This document shows positions 7,713-16,382 of a DNA stretch of 64,000 nt, in pieces. The notes under the pieces were generated by a model that saw only the letters and a program-made list of their open reading frames with translations, was not told the DNA's origin and made no database searches. Each line of letters opens with the position of its first letter. Position 1 is the first letter of the stretch. Location: positions 1,541 through 65,540 of the forward strand of contig CAZJQG010000008.1 in NCBI GenBank assembly GCA_964548415.1, written 5' to 3'. Source of the DNA: an uncultured Dehalococcoidales bacterium. GTDB taxonomy: Bacteria; Chloroflexota; Dehalococcoidia; GIF9; UBA5629. Made by a program: the position numbers and the translations under genes.

Positions 7713-8576
7713 ATGAAAGCTATAGATGTACACGCGCATCCCAGCACAGCCGCCTTCGACAGGAAGAAGTTATGGGGACCGGAGGTTGTGGAATATATAT
7801 CCAAATACTATGGAGTTGAGTATAAGGTCAAGACCGATGAGGAAATGGCTCAGGACTTCAGAGAGGTTGACGCCAGAGCTCTGCTGATAGGCTGGGATGC
7901 GGAATCTGGCACCGGCTTCGATACCAGAAATACTAACGACGAAGTAGCCCGGCTGATAAAGAAGTTTCCCGACGTGTTCATCGGTGGCTGGGCCATGATC
8001 GACCCGTGGAAGGGTAAGGCGGCTATTACAGAATTGGAACGGTGTGTCAAAGAACTAGGGTTGATGGGACTGAAGTTTCAACAGGCGCTGCAGGCCTTTT
8101 TCCCCAACGACCGCAGATTTTACCCTCTTTATGAGAAGTGCGTTGAGCTTAAGATACCGGTCTCTTTCCACACCGGGACTACCGGCGCCGGCGCCGGTAT
8201 GCCCGGCGGTCACGGCATACGGCTAAAGTACACCATGCCGGTTCCCTACATCGATGACGTGGCTGCCGACTTTCCGGAGCTGACCATAGTTATGATTCAC
8301 CCCGCCTGGCCGTGGCATGAAGAGCAAATCGCCGTTTTGCTTCACAAAGGTAACGTATTTGCCGACCTATCCGGCTGGGCGCCCAAATATTTTCCGGATG
8401 TCATAAAGCGAGAGGTCAATGGCCGGCTGCAGGACAAGTTTATGTACGGCTCTGATTATCCTGAGATTCCGCCGAAACGATGGCTCCAGGAGTTCGAAAG
8501 CGGCGCCTATAAGCCGGAGGTAATGGAAAAGGTCCTGTATAAAAACGCCCGGAGAATCCTTAAGCTCAAAGTTTGA
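7713..8576 (+). CDS. Amidohydrolase-2 family (TIM-barrel metal-dependent hydrolase/decarboxylase)
   Basis: IDVHAHP at the N-terminus, ...FHTG..., ...MIHPAWPW..., ...YGSDYP. Probably co-transcribed with the SDR gene (13-nt gap). Confidence 0.75.
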   Translation: MKAIDVHAHPSTAAFDRKKLWGPEVVEYISKYYGVEYKVKTDEEMAQDFREVDARALLIGWDAESGTGFDTRNTNDEVARLIKKFPDVFIGGWAMIDPWKGKAAITELERCVKELGLMGLKFQQALQAFFPNDRRFYPLYEKCVELKIPVSFHTGTTGAGAGMPGGHGIRLKYTMPVPYIDDVAADFPELTIVMIHPAWPWHEEQIAVLLHKGNVFADLSGWAPKYFPDVIKREVNGRLQDKFMYGSDYPEIPPKRWLQEFESGAYKPEVMEKVLYKNARRILKLKV

Positions 8577-8585
8577 AGGCGTCAA

Positions 8586-9449
8586 GTGCCTGATAAAACA
8601 AGCTCATTTTCAGTTCAGGTCAAGAATATACTCCGCCAATCCGGACTAAAAGCCCGGAAAAGCCTGGGGCAGCATTTCCTGATTGATGAGTCGGTTTTAG
8701 ACACTATCATTACCGCCGCAGAGTTGTCTCCACAGGACACTGTAATTGAAGTCGGTCCCGGGCTGGGCATACTGACGCGTGAACTGGCGAGGCATGCCGG
8801 CAGCGTGGTTGCAGTGGAACTGGATGATAAACTGGCGTCTCTATTGCACCGTCGGCTGGCCGGATTATCCAATCTCAGGGTAATTAACGGCGATATACTT
8901 GAACTAAAACTGACGCAGCTGCTGGGAGCTAAAAGCGTTTACAAGGTGGTGGCTAATCTGCCGTACTATATTACGTCACCGGTGCTGCGTTATTTTGTGG
9001 AAGCTTCGCCCAGGCCGTCTCTAATGGTTATGATGGTACAGAAGGAAGTCGGCGAAGCCATTGTCGCCTCTCCGGGGGACATGTCGCTGCTGGCGGTCAG
9101 CCTGCAGGTATACACCAGGCCGGAAATCGTATCTCATGTGCCTGCCAGCAGCTTCTATCCTCAGCCGAAGGTGGATTCTGTTATAGTAAAATTTAACATG
9201 CTGGCTGAGCCAGCCGTAAAGGTGATGGATATGGCGAGGTTTTTCGAAGTGGTCAGGGGCGGCTTCAGCGCACCCCGAAAGCAGCTGCATAATTCGCTGG
9301 CGCACGGATTGGGATTCAAACCAGCTGAGGTGGCTCCGCTGCTGGAAAAAGCCGGCATCGATTCGCAGCGCCGGGCCGAGACGTTGAGCTTGAAAGAGTG
9401 GCAAGCACTGTACGAAGTAATGGAATCAAAGGTAGTAAAAAGTGATTAA
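8586..9449 (+). CDS. rsmA: 16S rRNA (adenine1518/1519-N6)-dimethyltransferase RsmA/KsgA
   Basis: KSLGQHFLIDESVL...VIEVGPGLGILT...VANLPYYITSP. GTG start. Confidence 0.9.
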   Translation: MPDKTSSFSVQVKNILRQSGLKARKSLGQHFLIDESVLDTIITAAELSPQDTVIEVGPGLGILTRELARHAGSVVAVELDDKLASLLHRRLAGLSNLRVINGDILELKLTQLLGAKSVYKVVANLPYYITSPVLRYFVEASPRPSLMVMMVQKEVGEAIVASPGDMSLLAVSLQVYTRPEIVSHVPASSFYPQPKVDSVIVKFNMLAEPAVKVMDMARFFEVVRGGFSAPRKQLHNSLAHGLGFKPAEVAPLLEKAGIDSQRRAETLSLKEWQALYEVMESKVVKSD

Positions 9450-10290
9450 ATATCTGGCGCCTGCAAAAATAAACCTCGTCCTTGAGGTCCTGGGCAAGCG
9501 TAACGACGGCTACCACGAAATCCGCAGCCTGGTGCAGGCCATCGACCTGTGTGACACGCTGACTTTCGACTTGGCAGATTCGATTTCGCTCAAGTGCAGC
9601 GAGCCGAGTCTGGAAACCCCCGATAATCTGGTGATCAAAGCCGCTGAACTGCTGAGGCAACGTGGTGGTCAGGGGAAGGGGGCCAGAATTAAGCTGGAGA
9701 AACGGATACCCTGGGCCGCCGGCCTTGGTGGTGGCAGCAGCGACGCCGCAGCTACGTTGCTGGCTCTCAATGTCCTCTGGGATTTAAAAATGGCAACGTC
9801 TGAGTTAATTGATTTAGGAGCCAGACTGGGTTCAGATGTCCCGTTTTTTATACATTGTAGAGCTGCCGTGATTGAAGGTCGAGGTGAAAAAGTAGAACCA
9901 GTACCGGTATCAGCCAGAAGCTGGTTCGTGTTATTGGTGCCTGATTTGCCGAAGATGCCGGATAAGACGCGCCGGCTTTATGCCTGCCTGGACAGTGGGC
10001 ATTTCTCAGATGGGCATCTGGTTGATACCGCCTTGAAATGCTGGTCTACGGACATGCCGGTTACCCCGAGCCTGTTGTTTAATGTTTTTGATAAAGTTGC
10101 CTTCGAGGCCTTTCCCGGGCTGGAAGCGTACTGGAAGAGGTTTGAGGAAGCCGGCGCCGAGAATATTCACCTAGCTGGTTCGGGGCCGACCCTATTTACA
10201 TTGTTTAACAGTAAAATTGAGACGGCGAAAATCTATCGGAATCTTCGTAATAAGAAAATAAAAGCTTATTCGATCTCAAGTATCATATAA
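9442..10290 (+). CDS. ispE: 4-diphosphocytidyl-2-C-methyl-D-erythritol kinase
   Basis: APAKINLVLEVLGKRNDGYHEI...IPWAAGLGGGSSDAAATL, a GHMP kinase. The rsmA-ispE linkage is conserved in many bacteria. Confidence 0.9.
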   Translation: MIKYLAPAKINLVLEVLGKRNDGYHEIRSLVQAIDLCDTLTFDLADSISLKCSEPSLETPDNLVIKAAELLRQRGGQGKGARIKLEKRIPWAAGLGGGSSDAAATLLALNVLWDLKMATSELIDLGARLGSDVPFFIHCRAAVIEGRGEKVEPVPVSARSWFVLLVPDLPKMPDKTRRLYACLDSGHFSDGHLVDTALKCWSTDMPVTPSLLFNVFDKVAFEAFPGLEAYWKRFEEAGAENIHLAGSGPTLFTLFNSKIETAKIYRNLRNKKIKAYSISSII

Positions 10291-10411
10291 ATCCTAGCCT
10301 GGGGAAAAGTAAAAATCCTATTAGTTTGCCAATAAATTCGAACAATGCTACATTTGAAGAGGCGGAGCTTTTAATATCATTTAGCACAGATAACTTAATC
10401 TTTAGAGGTGT

Positions 10412-11128
10412 TTAGATAGAAGCAGATATAACTTGTAAATTAATTAACATTATCCATGTACTCATCCAATTGAGAAAACCAGGAGTTGCTACTACTATAC
10501 CATTGTCGTCTCGAAAGACGAGTCCGGCAATGCAGGAAGAAAACGTGCCATGTGACAGTGCATTTCGAATACGACGAATATAATCTGAATTCAATAGGCT
10601 ACGAATCTGTTGACAGCACCGACTTCCGCCCCGAGCATTCTGATCAATAAGCCTGCTCAGGATACCTTCTCGCATACAGACAAGTGCAATATAAAGCCGT
10701 ATTACAAGAGAACCATGTATTGTCATCTGTATTTTTACAGGTAGTGGCAATTCAACCTGGTCGTCAAATGGTGTTAATGGAAGAATTCCGTCACGTTTGT
10801 CTAAGGTGGCGGCGAGAGAAAACCACAATGTTCTGCTGTATAGTTCTTCGAAGTCCCGAGCCGAGAGATTTGTAGGTGATAGATCTCGAAGTAACTCATC
10901 ACTAGTCAGACGTGTTGCTAAATCATCAAGAATTATTTGGCAAGTGGAAAACTGTCGCTGAAGATTTCTATCTTTTAATGCTTCTCGTAATATGTTCATT
11001 TCTGATTGATCCATAGATAGATTCTGAAAAAGTTGACCAACGTTTATACTCTGGGGTGGCCCCTCTTCTGGTCGTCCATATACTTGGTAAAACTGTCTTA
11101 GAAGGTCTCCGGCATCATCGTTTGTCAT
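10412..11128 (-). CDS. Hypothetical protein in an AT-rich islet; C-terminal R-x4-H motif suggests a HEPN-like fold
   Basis: 238-aa ORF with no family I recognise. Motif DYIRRIRNALSHGTF. Hand-counted G+C of lines 10381, 10441 and 10921 is 28%, 33% and 32%, versus 63% (line 9661) and 52% (line 12001) in the flanks. Confidence 0.5.
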   Translation of the reverse strand: MTNDDAGDLLRQFYQVYGRPEEGPPQSINVGQLFQNLSMDQSEMNILREALKDRNLQRQFSTCQIILDDLATRLTSDELLRDLSPTNLSARDFEELYSRTLWFSLAATLDKRDGILPLTPFDDQVELPLPVKIQMTIHGSLVIRLYIALVCMREGILSRLIDQNARGGSRCCQQIRSLLNSDYIRRIRNALSHGTFSSCIAGLVFRDDNGIVVATPGFLNWMSTWIMLINLQVISASI

Positions 11129-11198
11129 ATCTTCCTACTGAAATATTTTATACTGCAAAAAGGATAAGTTTTTTAAGAATAAACGGACAAGAAGGATT

Positions 11199-12440
11199 TC
11201 AATGAAAAGTATTAACTAATTCCTCCTCGTTTTTCTTCGTCCGTACTTGGCCGTTCAGTTTGGCTTTCAGCAGGGCGGCCAGTATCTCTCCGATTTTTGG
11301 TCCTGATGGAACACCCATTTTGATGAGGTCCTTGCCGGTCAATATTGGCTTGACATAACGTAACTTATCCAGATATAAGGTCAGGTTCTGACGGACGGCT
11401 GGTAATTCTGAAGAGATAGCATTGGCCTGTATGGCTACCGTTGAGTAACCATGAACTAGCTCGTAAACCTGGCTGGGTTTCAATCCAGGTTGATCCAGCT
11501 TGTTTAGCTGCTTCTTGAGCTGCAGAGTCTGGCGCATTGCCTCGGCCGACATCCTGGGGAAATTCACGCGCTTTATAAACTCTTCGTTTTCCTTTTCGGT
11601 CAGGCCGTAGATAAACAGACAGAGGTAAACAGCGGGGAGCGACGATTTAGTCATCTCCCGTGCCCTGACAAAGGCCCTGACCAGTTTGCTGCTCGCTTTA
11701 AGCGAAGGATGAAGCTGTTTCAGAACTCCAAGTTCTTCGGCTCTTACCAGAATCCGTTCCGGTTTGTTTTCTTTCAGCATAAGCTCCAGCTCGCGCCGCA
11801 GGCGGTCTCCGCTGATGGTGTCCAGCATGGCGACGTCTCGCCTCAGCAATTTATCGGTTTCCGGCTCTAACTTGAAGTCTAATCTCTGCTCATATCGTAT
11901 CGCTCTCATTATCCTGGTAGCGTCGTCGATAAAGCTGTCTGGGTGGAGTATCCGGATGAGTTTTTGCTCGATATCCTGTTTACCGTGGTACAGGTCGACC
12001 AGCTGACCGAACTGTTTCGGGTTAAGGTGAAGGGCCATGGCGTTTATGGAGAAATCGCGTCGGATGAGGTCATCTTTCAAACTGCCGGGCTTAACCGTGG
12101 GCAACGCTCCCGGCCGGCTGTAGGTTTCGCTGCGGGCAGTCGCCACGTCGAGGCTGAACCCGGGATAAATCAGTTTGGCGGTGCCGAAGCGCTCATGTAG
12201 GATTAACTTGGCTCCACTATCGCCTGCCAGCGTGCGTGCCAGCGATATAGCTTCACCTTCTACTACTAGGTCGAAGTCGAAGTTGCTGCGACGCAAAAAG
12301 AGATCGCGCACCACTCCACCGACGATATACAGCTCCTGCCCCATGGTAGCGGCTTCTGTGCCAGCGATTTTAATAAGTACCAGAACCGGTGGCGGTATAA
12401 ATTTTTCCAGTTGTACTGAAAGATTTTCAGACATGGTCAA
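11199..12440 (-). CDS. cca: tRNA nucleotidyltransferase (CCA-adding enzyme / poly(A) polymerase family, class II)
   Basis: GGVVRDLFLRRSNFDFDLVVEG and RRDFSINAMAL, Pol-beta NTase head motifs. Confidence 0.8.
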   Translation of the reverse strand: MTMSENLSVQLEKFIPPPVLVLIKIAGTEAATMGQELYIVGGVVRDLFLRRSNFDFDLVVEGEAISLARTLAGDSGAKLILHERFGTAKLIYPGFSLDVATARSETYSRPGALPTVKPGSLKDDLIRRDFSINAMALHLNPKQFGQLVDLYHGKQDIEQKLIRILHPDSFIDDATRIMRAIRYEQRLDFKLEPETDKLLRRDVAMLDTISGDRLRRELELMLKENKPERILVRAEELGVLKQLHPSLKASSKLVRAFVRAREMTKSSLPAVYLCLFIYGLTEKENEEFIKRVNFPRMSAEAMRQTLQLKKQLNKLDQPGLKPSQVYELVHGYSTVAIQANAISSELPAVRQNLTLYLDKLRYVKPILTGKDLIKMGVPSGPKIGEILAALLKAKLNGQVRTKKNEEELVNTFH

Positions 12441-12925
12441 TAAATTAGCTGCATCAGATGTACGTCCAGCAACTGGCCAAACTTGTTACCAACGTCCCTC
12501 ATAGTCCCAATATACTGGAAACCGAAGGATTTGCACAGGTCGACACTTATTTTATTACTGCCGGCAATCCTGGCGATTATAGTATGTAGGCCCACGGTTT
12601 TACCTTCCTGTACGGTGGTCGACATGAGTTGCTTACCGATTCCTTTTCCCCGGTGTACTTCACTGACGTAGACCGATATTTCTGCGGTATCGGCATAGGC
12701 GCACCTGTCCGACCAATGGCTGAGAGAGGACCAGCCGACGACCTGTCCCTCATCGACGGCGACCAGAATGGGATGGCGGGCGCCATGGCTGACGAACCAA
12801 ATTTCCTGCTGCTCTATGGTCTTAGGCTCGGTATCGAAAGTGGTCGAGGTGTTTACGATGGCATCGTTGTAGATGTCGGTGATTTGTGCCAGGTCTGACA
12901 GTTTGGCCTGCCTGATGTTAAACAC
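12437..12925 (-). CDS. GNAT N-acetyltransferase, phosphinothricin/methionine-sulfoximine acetyltransferase-like
   Basis: IRQAKLSDLAQITDIYNDAIVNTSTTFDTEP...VYVSEVHRGKGIGKQLM. Confidence 0.8.
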   Translation of the reverse strand: MFNIRQAKLSDLAQITDIYNDAIVNTSTTFDTEPKTIEQQEIWFVSHGARHPILVAVDEGQVVGWSSLSHWSDRCAYADTAEISVYVSEVHRGKGIGKQLMSTTVQEGKTVGLHTIIARIAGSNKISVDLCKSFGFQYIGTMRDVGNKFGQLLDVHLMQLIY

Positions 12926-13015
12926 AGCTATCTCTACAACTGGTCCTCAGCGCATTCTACTGCCTGGTACCAGTACGGTCAAGACATGTTATCGAATTAT
13001 GACGGTTCACGATTA

Positions 13016-14047
13016 TCAGATTATTTTTTCTGACAGCCGTTTGATGGCCCATTCGGCTTCGGCGACCGTCTTTTCAATCACATCCTGGCAGGTGGGTATC
13101 TCGGTTATTCTGCCGGCTACCTGCCCCAAAGGCACTACGATATCCTCAGGGTCATGGGCTTCTTGTAGTTCTTTGAGCGAGTCCACGCTGACCGCCTGGC
13201 GGGCCAGGTCCTGGACGCCGCGCTGTTTCAGTCCGCTGGCGAACAGTTTAAAGAACGGGACGTCCAGCATTTTCTTTATGCGCCAGCCGCTGGCGGCTGC
13301 CTCGGTCAGAGATACCTTGCCTTTGGCCCGCTCCATGGCAGCCTTATTTTTCCAGTACCTGCCGGGCAGGCCGTCTATTTTATCGGTGCGGAAAGTATCC
13401 TCTGCGGTGGCTTTAACGCCTACCTCTTTAACGGTTAAATGTACAGGGCTTTCCTGGGTCAGCATGAACCGGGTGCCCATAGATATTCCCTCCGCGCCGA
13501 GAGCCAATGCCGCGGCCAGACCTCTGCCGTCGCAAAAACCGCCGGCGGCGATGATTGGAATCTTCACCTGGCTGGCAATCAGGGGTAACAGAACCAGTGA
13601 GGTCGGCTCTCCACCGTGCGCCGCCGCTTCTAGCCCGGTGACCACTATAGCGTCGGCGCCGTCAAGCTCAGCACGCCGGGCATGCCGTTCGGTGGCTACT
13701 GTAGCTATGACCTTGCCTCCATATTCGTGTACCGCTTTAATGAGCCAGTCGCCTTTTCCCAACGCATAGTTCAATATGGGCACCTTTTCCTGTATGGCAA
13801 CTTCCGCGTTTTCTCTGGCGTTGGGGAAAAGTATGGTGACATTTATACCGAACGGTTTATCGGTAAGGGATTTTATCTCCTTGATGATATCTTTCATCTG
13901 GTCGGGTGTATTGGCCACGCTGTTGAACATTCCCAGGCCCCCGGCGTTGGACACTGCGGCTACAATTCGTGGCAGGCTAACGAAAGCCATCCCGGCCAAC
14001 ATAATCGGATGCTCGATTTCGAATAGTTCGGTCATTCTTGTTTTCAT
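13016..14047 (-). CDS. Nitronate monooxygenase / 2-nitropropane dioxygenase family FMN oxidoreductase (paralogue 1)
   Basis: MKTRMTELFEIEHPIMLAGMA...SNAGGLG...IIAAGGFCDGRGLAAALALGAEGISMGTRF. Confidence 0.8.
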   Translation of the reverse strand: MKTRMTELFEIEHPIMLAGMAFVSLPRIVAAVSNAGGLGMFNSVANTPDQMKDIIKEIKSLTDKPFGINVTILFPNARENAEVAIQEKVPILNYALGKGDWLIKAVHEYGGKVIATVATERHARRAELDGADAIVVTGLEAAAHGGEPTSLVLLPLIASQVKIPIIAAGGFCDGRGLAAALALGAEGISMGTRFMLTQESPVHLTVKEVGVKATAEDTFRTDKIDGLPGRYWKNKAAMERAKGKVSLTEAAASGWRIKKMLDVPFFKLFASGLKQRGVQDLARQAVSVDSLKELQEAHDPEDIVVPLGQVAGRITEIPTCQDVIEKTVAEAEWAIKRLSEKII

Positions 14048-14272
14048 TAGCTTCCTCCTTCATTATTGCGTCATATATATAAAAATCGAGGAAAGTATAA
14101 CAGGGGGTGAGTGTGCTTATCAAAGTTATTTACGGTAGCATGTTGACGACGGGGCTGATATTGCCACGCTCTTCCTATTCAGGAAGGATGCGCGATGACA
14201 TGAAAATTATCTGCGTGCTGGTCTATAATGGTGACCTGCACTACATGATGTAAATTCTCTTTGGAGGTTACC

Positions 14273-15256
14273 ATGAAGACCAGGATGACGGAGCTCTTTG
14301 GTATAAAATACCCTGTTATGTGCGGTGGTATGATGTGGCTGGCTAAACCGGAACTGTGCTCGGCAATATCAAACGCTGGCGGCCTTGGTAATTTAACGGC
14401 CGGCAATTACGGCTCGGGAGAGGAGCTGGGGCGGGCGATAGATGAGACGCGAAAGCTGACGGACAAACCGTTCTGCGTAAATATAACGCTGTTGCCTTCA
14501 GTGAGAATCGGCAAGGAGATGCATCAGGACTATTTCCGGACCTGCTGCGAAAAAGGTGTGGCCGCGCTTGAAATTTCAGGGGCGCCACTGGATAGATATC
14601 TGGGTCCTGATGCCATCAGCCAGACAAAAAAGGCGAGAGTGAAGCTCATTCATAAAGTCGGTTCTGTCAGGCATGCCCGGCATGCTCAGGAAGCCGGCTA
14701 TGATGCGGTGATCGCCGCCGGTTTTGAAGAAGGTGGGCATCCACTCAGCGACGACGTAACTACCATGGTGTTGACGCCTCGCATATCGGAATCGGTGAAT
14801 ATACCGGTCATTACTGCCGGTGGTATTGCCGATGGCAGGAACCTGGCGGCGGCTCTGGTACTTGGTGCCGAAGGTGTCATGATGGCATCGCGATTTATAG
14901 CCACCAAGGAGTGCACGGCGCATCCCAAAGTCAAAGAGGAAATCATCCGGCGTCAGGAAAACGATACCACGCTTATTTGTACCACCATCGATTTGCAGAT
15001 GCGGGCCATGAAAAACGAGCTGGTGGGGAAGGTGCTGGAGGTGGAAAAGCGGCACGGCGGCTTGGAAGAGATACTGCCATTGATATCGGGCCAGCGGTCC
15101 GAGAAAGCTCTGGAAAGCGGCGACGTGGAAGGGGCTCCCTTTGCCGTGGGTCAATCCATCGGCCTTATCAAGGATGTCATGAACTGCATGGAATTGCTGG
15201 CAATGATGGTACGGGATGCCGAAAATATATTGAAACAGACGAAGCGATTTTTCTAG
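14273..15256 (+). CDS. Nitronate monooxygenase / FabK-like FMN oxidoreductase (paralogue 2)
   Basis: MKTRMTELFGIKYPVMCGGMMW...AGFEEGGH...ITAGGIADGRNLAAALVLGAEGVMMASRF. Start moved to ATG 14273 behind GGAGG. Confidence 0.8.
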   Translation: MKTRMTELFGIKYPVMCGGMMWLAKPELCSAISNAGGLGNLTAGNYGSGEELGRAIDETRKLTDKPFCVNITLLPSVRIGKEMHQDYFRTCCEKGVAALEISGAPLDRYLGPDAISQTKKARVKLIHKVGSVRHARHAQEAGYDAVIAAGFEEGGHPLSDDVTTMVLTPRISESVNIPVITAGGIADGRNLAAALVLGAEGVMMASRFIATKECTAHPKVKEEIIRRQENDTTLICTTIDLQMRAMKNELVGKVLEVEKRHGGLEEILPLISGQRSEKALESGDVEGAPFAVGQSIGLIKDVMNCMELLAMMVRDAENILKQTKRFF

Positions 15257-15270
15257 ATTTAGCAGGCCTA

Positions 15271-16323
15271 CTACTTGGCTATTTCTTTCCTGGCAGCTTC
15301 TAGCGCGGCTTCGGCTTCGGTTATTACTCCGTCGATAATCTGCTTGACGGTCAGCAGTTCACGGATGGGGCCAACACATTCGCCGGCAAACAGAATGCCT
15401 TCCTGTTCGTTGCCCTCCATTATTGCTTTTAGATGTCTTCTGGTACCGGCAGCCTGGCGGGCTTGGGCCATAAGCGGTGAGCCTTCTTCCGAGCGCATCA
15501 TCTGTAAACTCAGTTTGAGGAATTGCCAGTAGGAAAGTTTGAGCAGCTTTCGTATCTCGCCCGCTCCTTTGAACGCATCCCGAATCGGCAATCCGCTGTT
15601 AACCATTTCTTCGGTGACTTTGGTTTTTAAGGCTCTTCCATCCATGCCGTCGAAATGATTGCTGTACAACGTATCCTGCTCAGTTGCCTGAAGGCAGAGT
15701 CTCTTAAAATTATCATGGACGCGGCTTTCCTTAGTTAGCATGAACCTGGTACCCATAGATATGCCGTCGGCACCAAGGACCAGAGCTGCTGCCAGCCCTC
15801 TGCCGTTATAGAATCCTCCGGCGGCGATAACCGGCACTTTTACCAGGCTGGCCACCATAGGAATAAGAACCATAGACGTGGCGTTGGCTCCGTGTGCAGC
15901 CGCTTCCTGACCGGTGATAACGATAGCGTCGCATCCCAGTTCGGCTGCCCTTACCGCATGTCTGGCTATAGCGGTTGTTCCGAGCACTTTGCCGCCATAT
16001 TTGTGGACTTCCTCGGTGAACCAAGGTTTCCCCAGCGAGTAGTTAATGATGGGTACTTTTTCCTCGATGGCGATATCTAGATTGGGCTTGGCCCCGGGGC
16101 CGTTAAGTATCTGGTTGACTCCGAAAGGCTTATCGGTAAGCGTCCTGATTTTTTTAATGGCTTTTCTGGTCTCGTCCGGTGTGGTGGCAGCGGTGGCGAG
16201 TACACCCAGACCGCCGGCGTTGGAAACTGCAGCTACCAGTTCCGGCTCGGTTACCCAGTTCATACCGGCCAGCATGATGGGGTGTTTAATGCCAAATAAC
16301 TCAGTCATGCGTGTTTTTATCAT
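15271..16323 (-). CDS. Nitronate monooxygenase family FMN oxidoreductase (paralogue 3)
   Basis: MIKTRMTELFGIKHPIMLAGMNW...VIAAGGFYNGRGLAAALVLGADGISMGTRF. Closest to paralogue 1. Confidence 0.8.
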   Translation of the reverse strand: MIKTRMTELFGIKHPIMLAGMNWVTEPELVAAVSNAGGLGVLATAATTPDETRKAIKKIRTLTDKPFGVNQILNGPGAKPNLDIAIEEKVPIINYSLGKPWFTEEVHKYGGKVLGTTAIARHAVRAAELGCDAIVITGQEAAAHGANATSMVLIPMVASLVKVPVIAAGGFYNGRGLAAALVLGADGISMGTRFMLTKESRVHDNFKRLCLQATEQDTLYSNHFDGMDGRALKTKVTEEMVNSGLPIRDAFKGAGEIRKLLKLSYWQFLKLSLQMMRSEEGSPLMAQARQAAGTRRHLKAIMEGNEQEGILFAGECVGPIRELLTVKQIIDGVITEAEAALEAARKEIAK

Positions 16324-16382
16324 GAAATCGTCTCCTTTTGGCGCCTATTCTAACATAAGTCGTAGCGTTTTTGGGGAGAAAG

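Noticed and set aside
12873-13769. Plus-strand 298-aa ORF
   Set aside because: It is entirely antisense to the well-supported nitronate monooxygenase paralogue 1 and has S/A/R/P-rich composition. The same reasoning rejects other long antisense ORFs. Examples are 3556-4083, 14576-15154, 16420-16866, 36968-37507, 46712-47347, 49136-49693, 52065-52673, 55820-56464 and 56898-57689.
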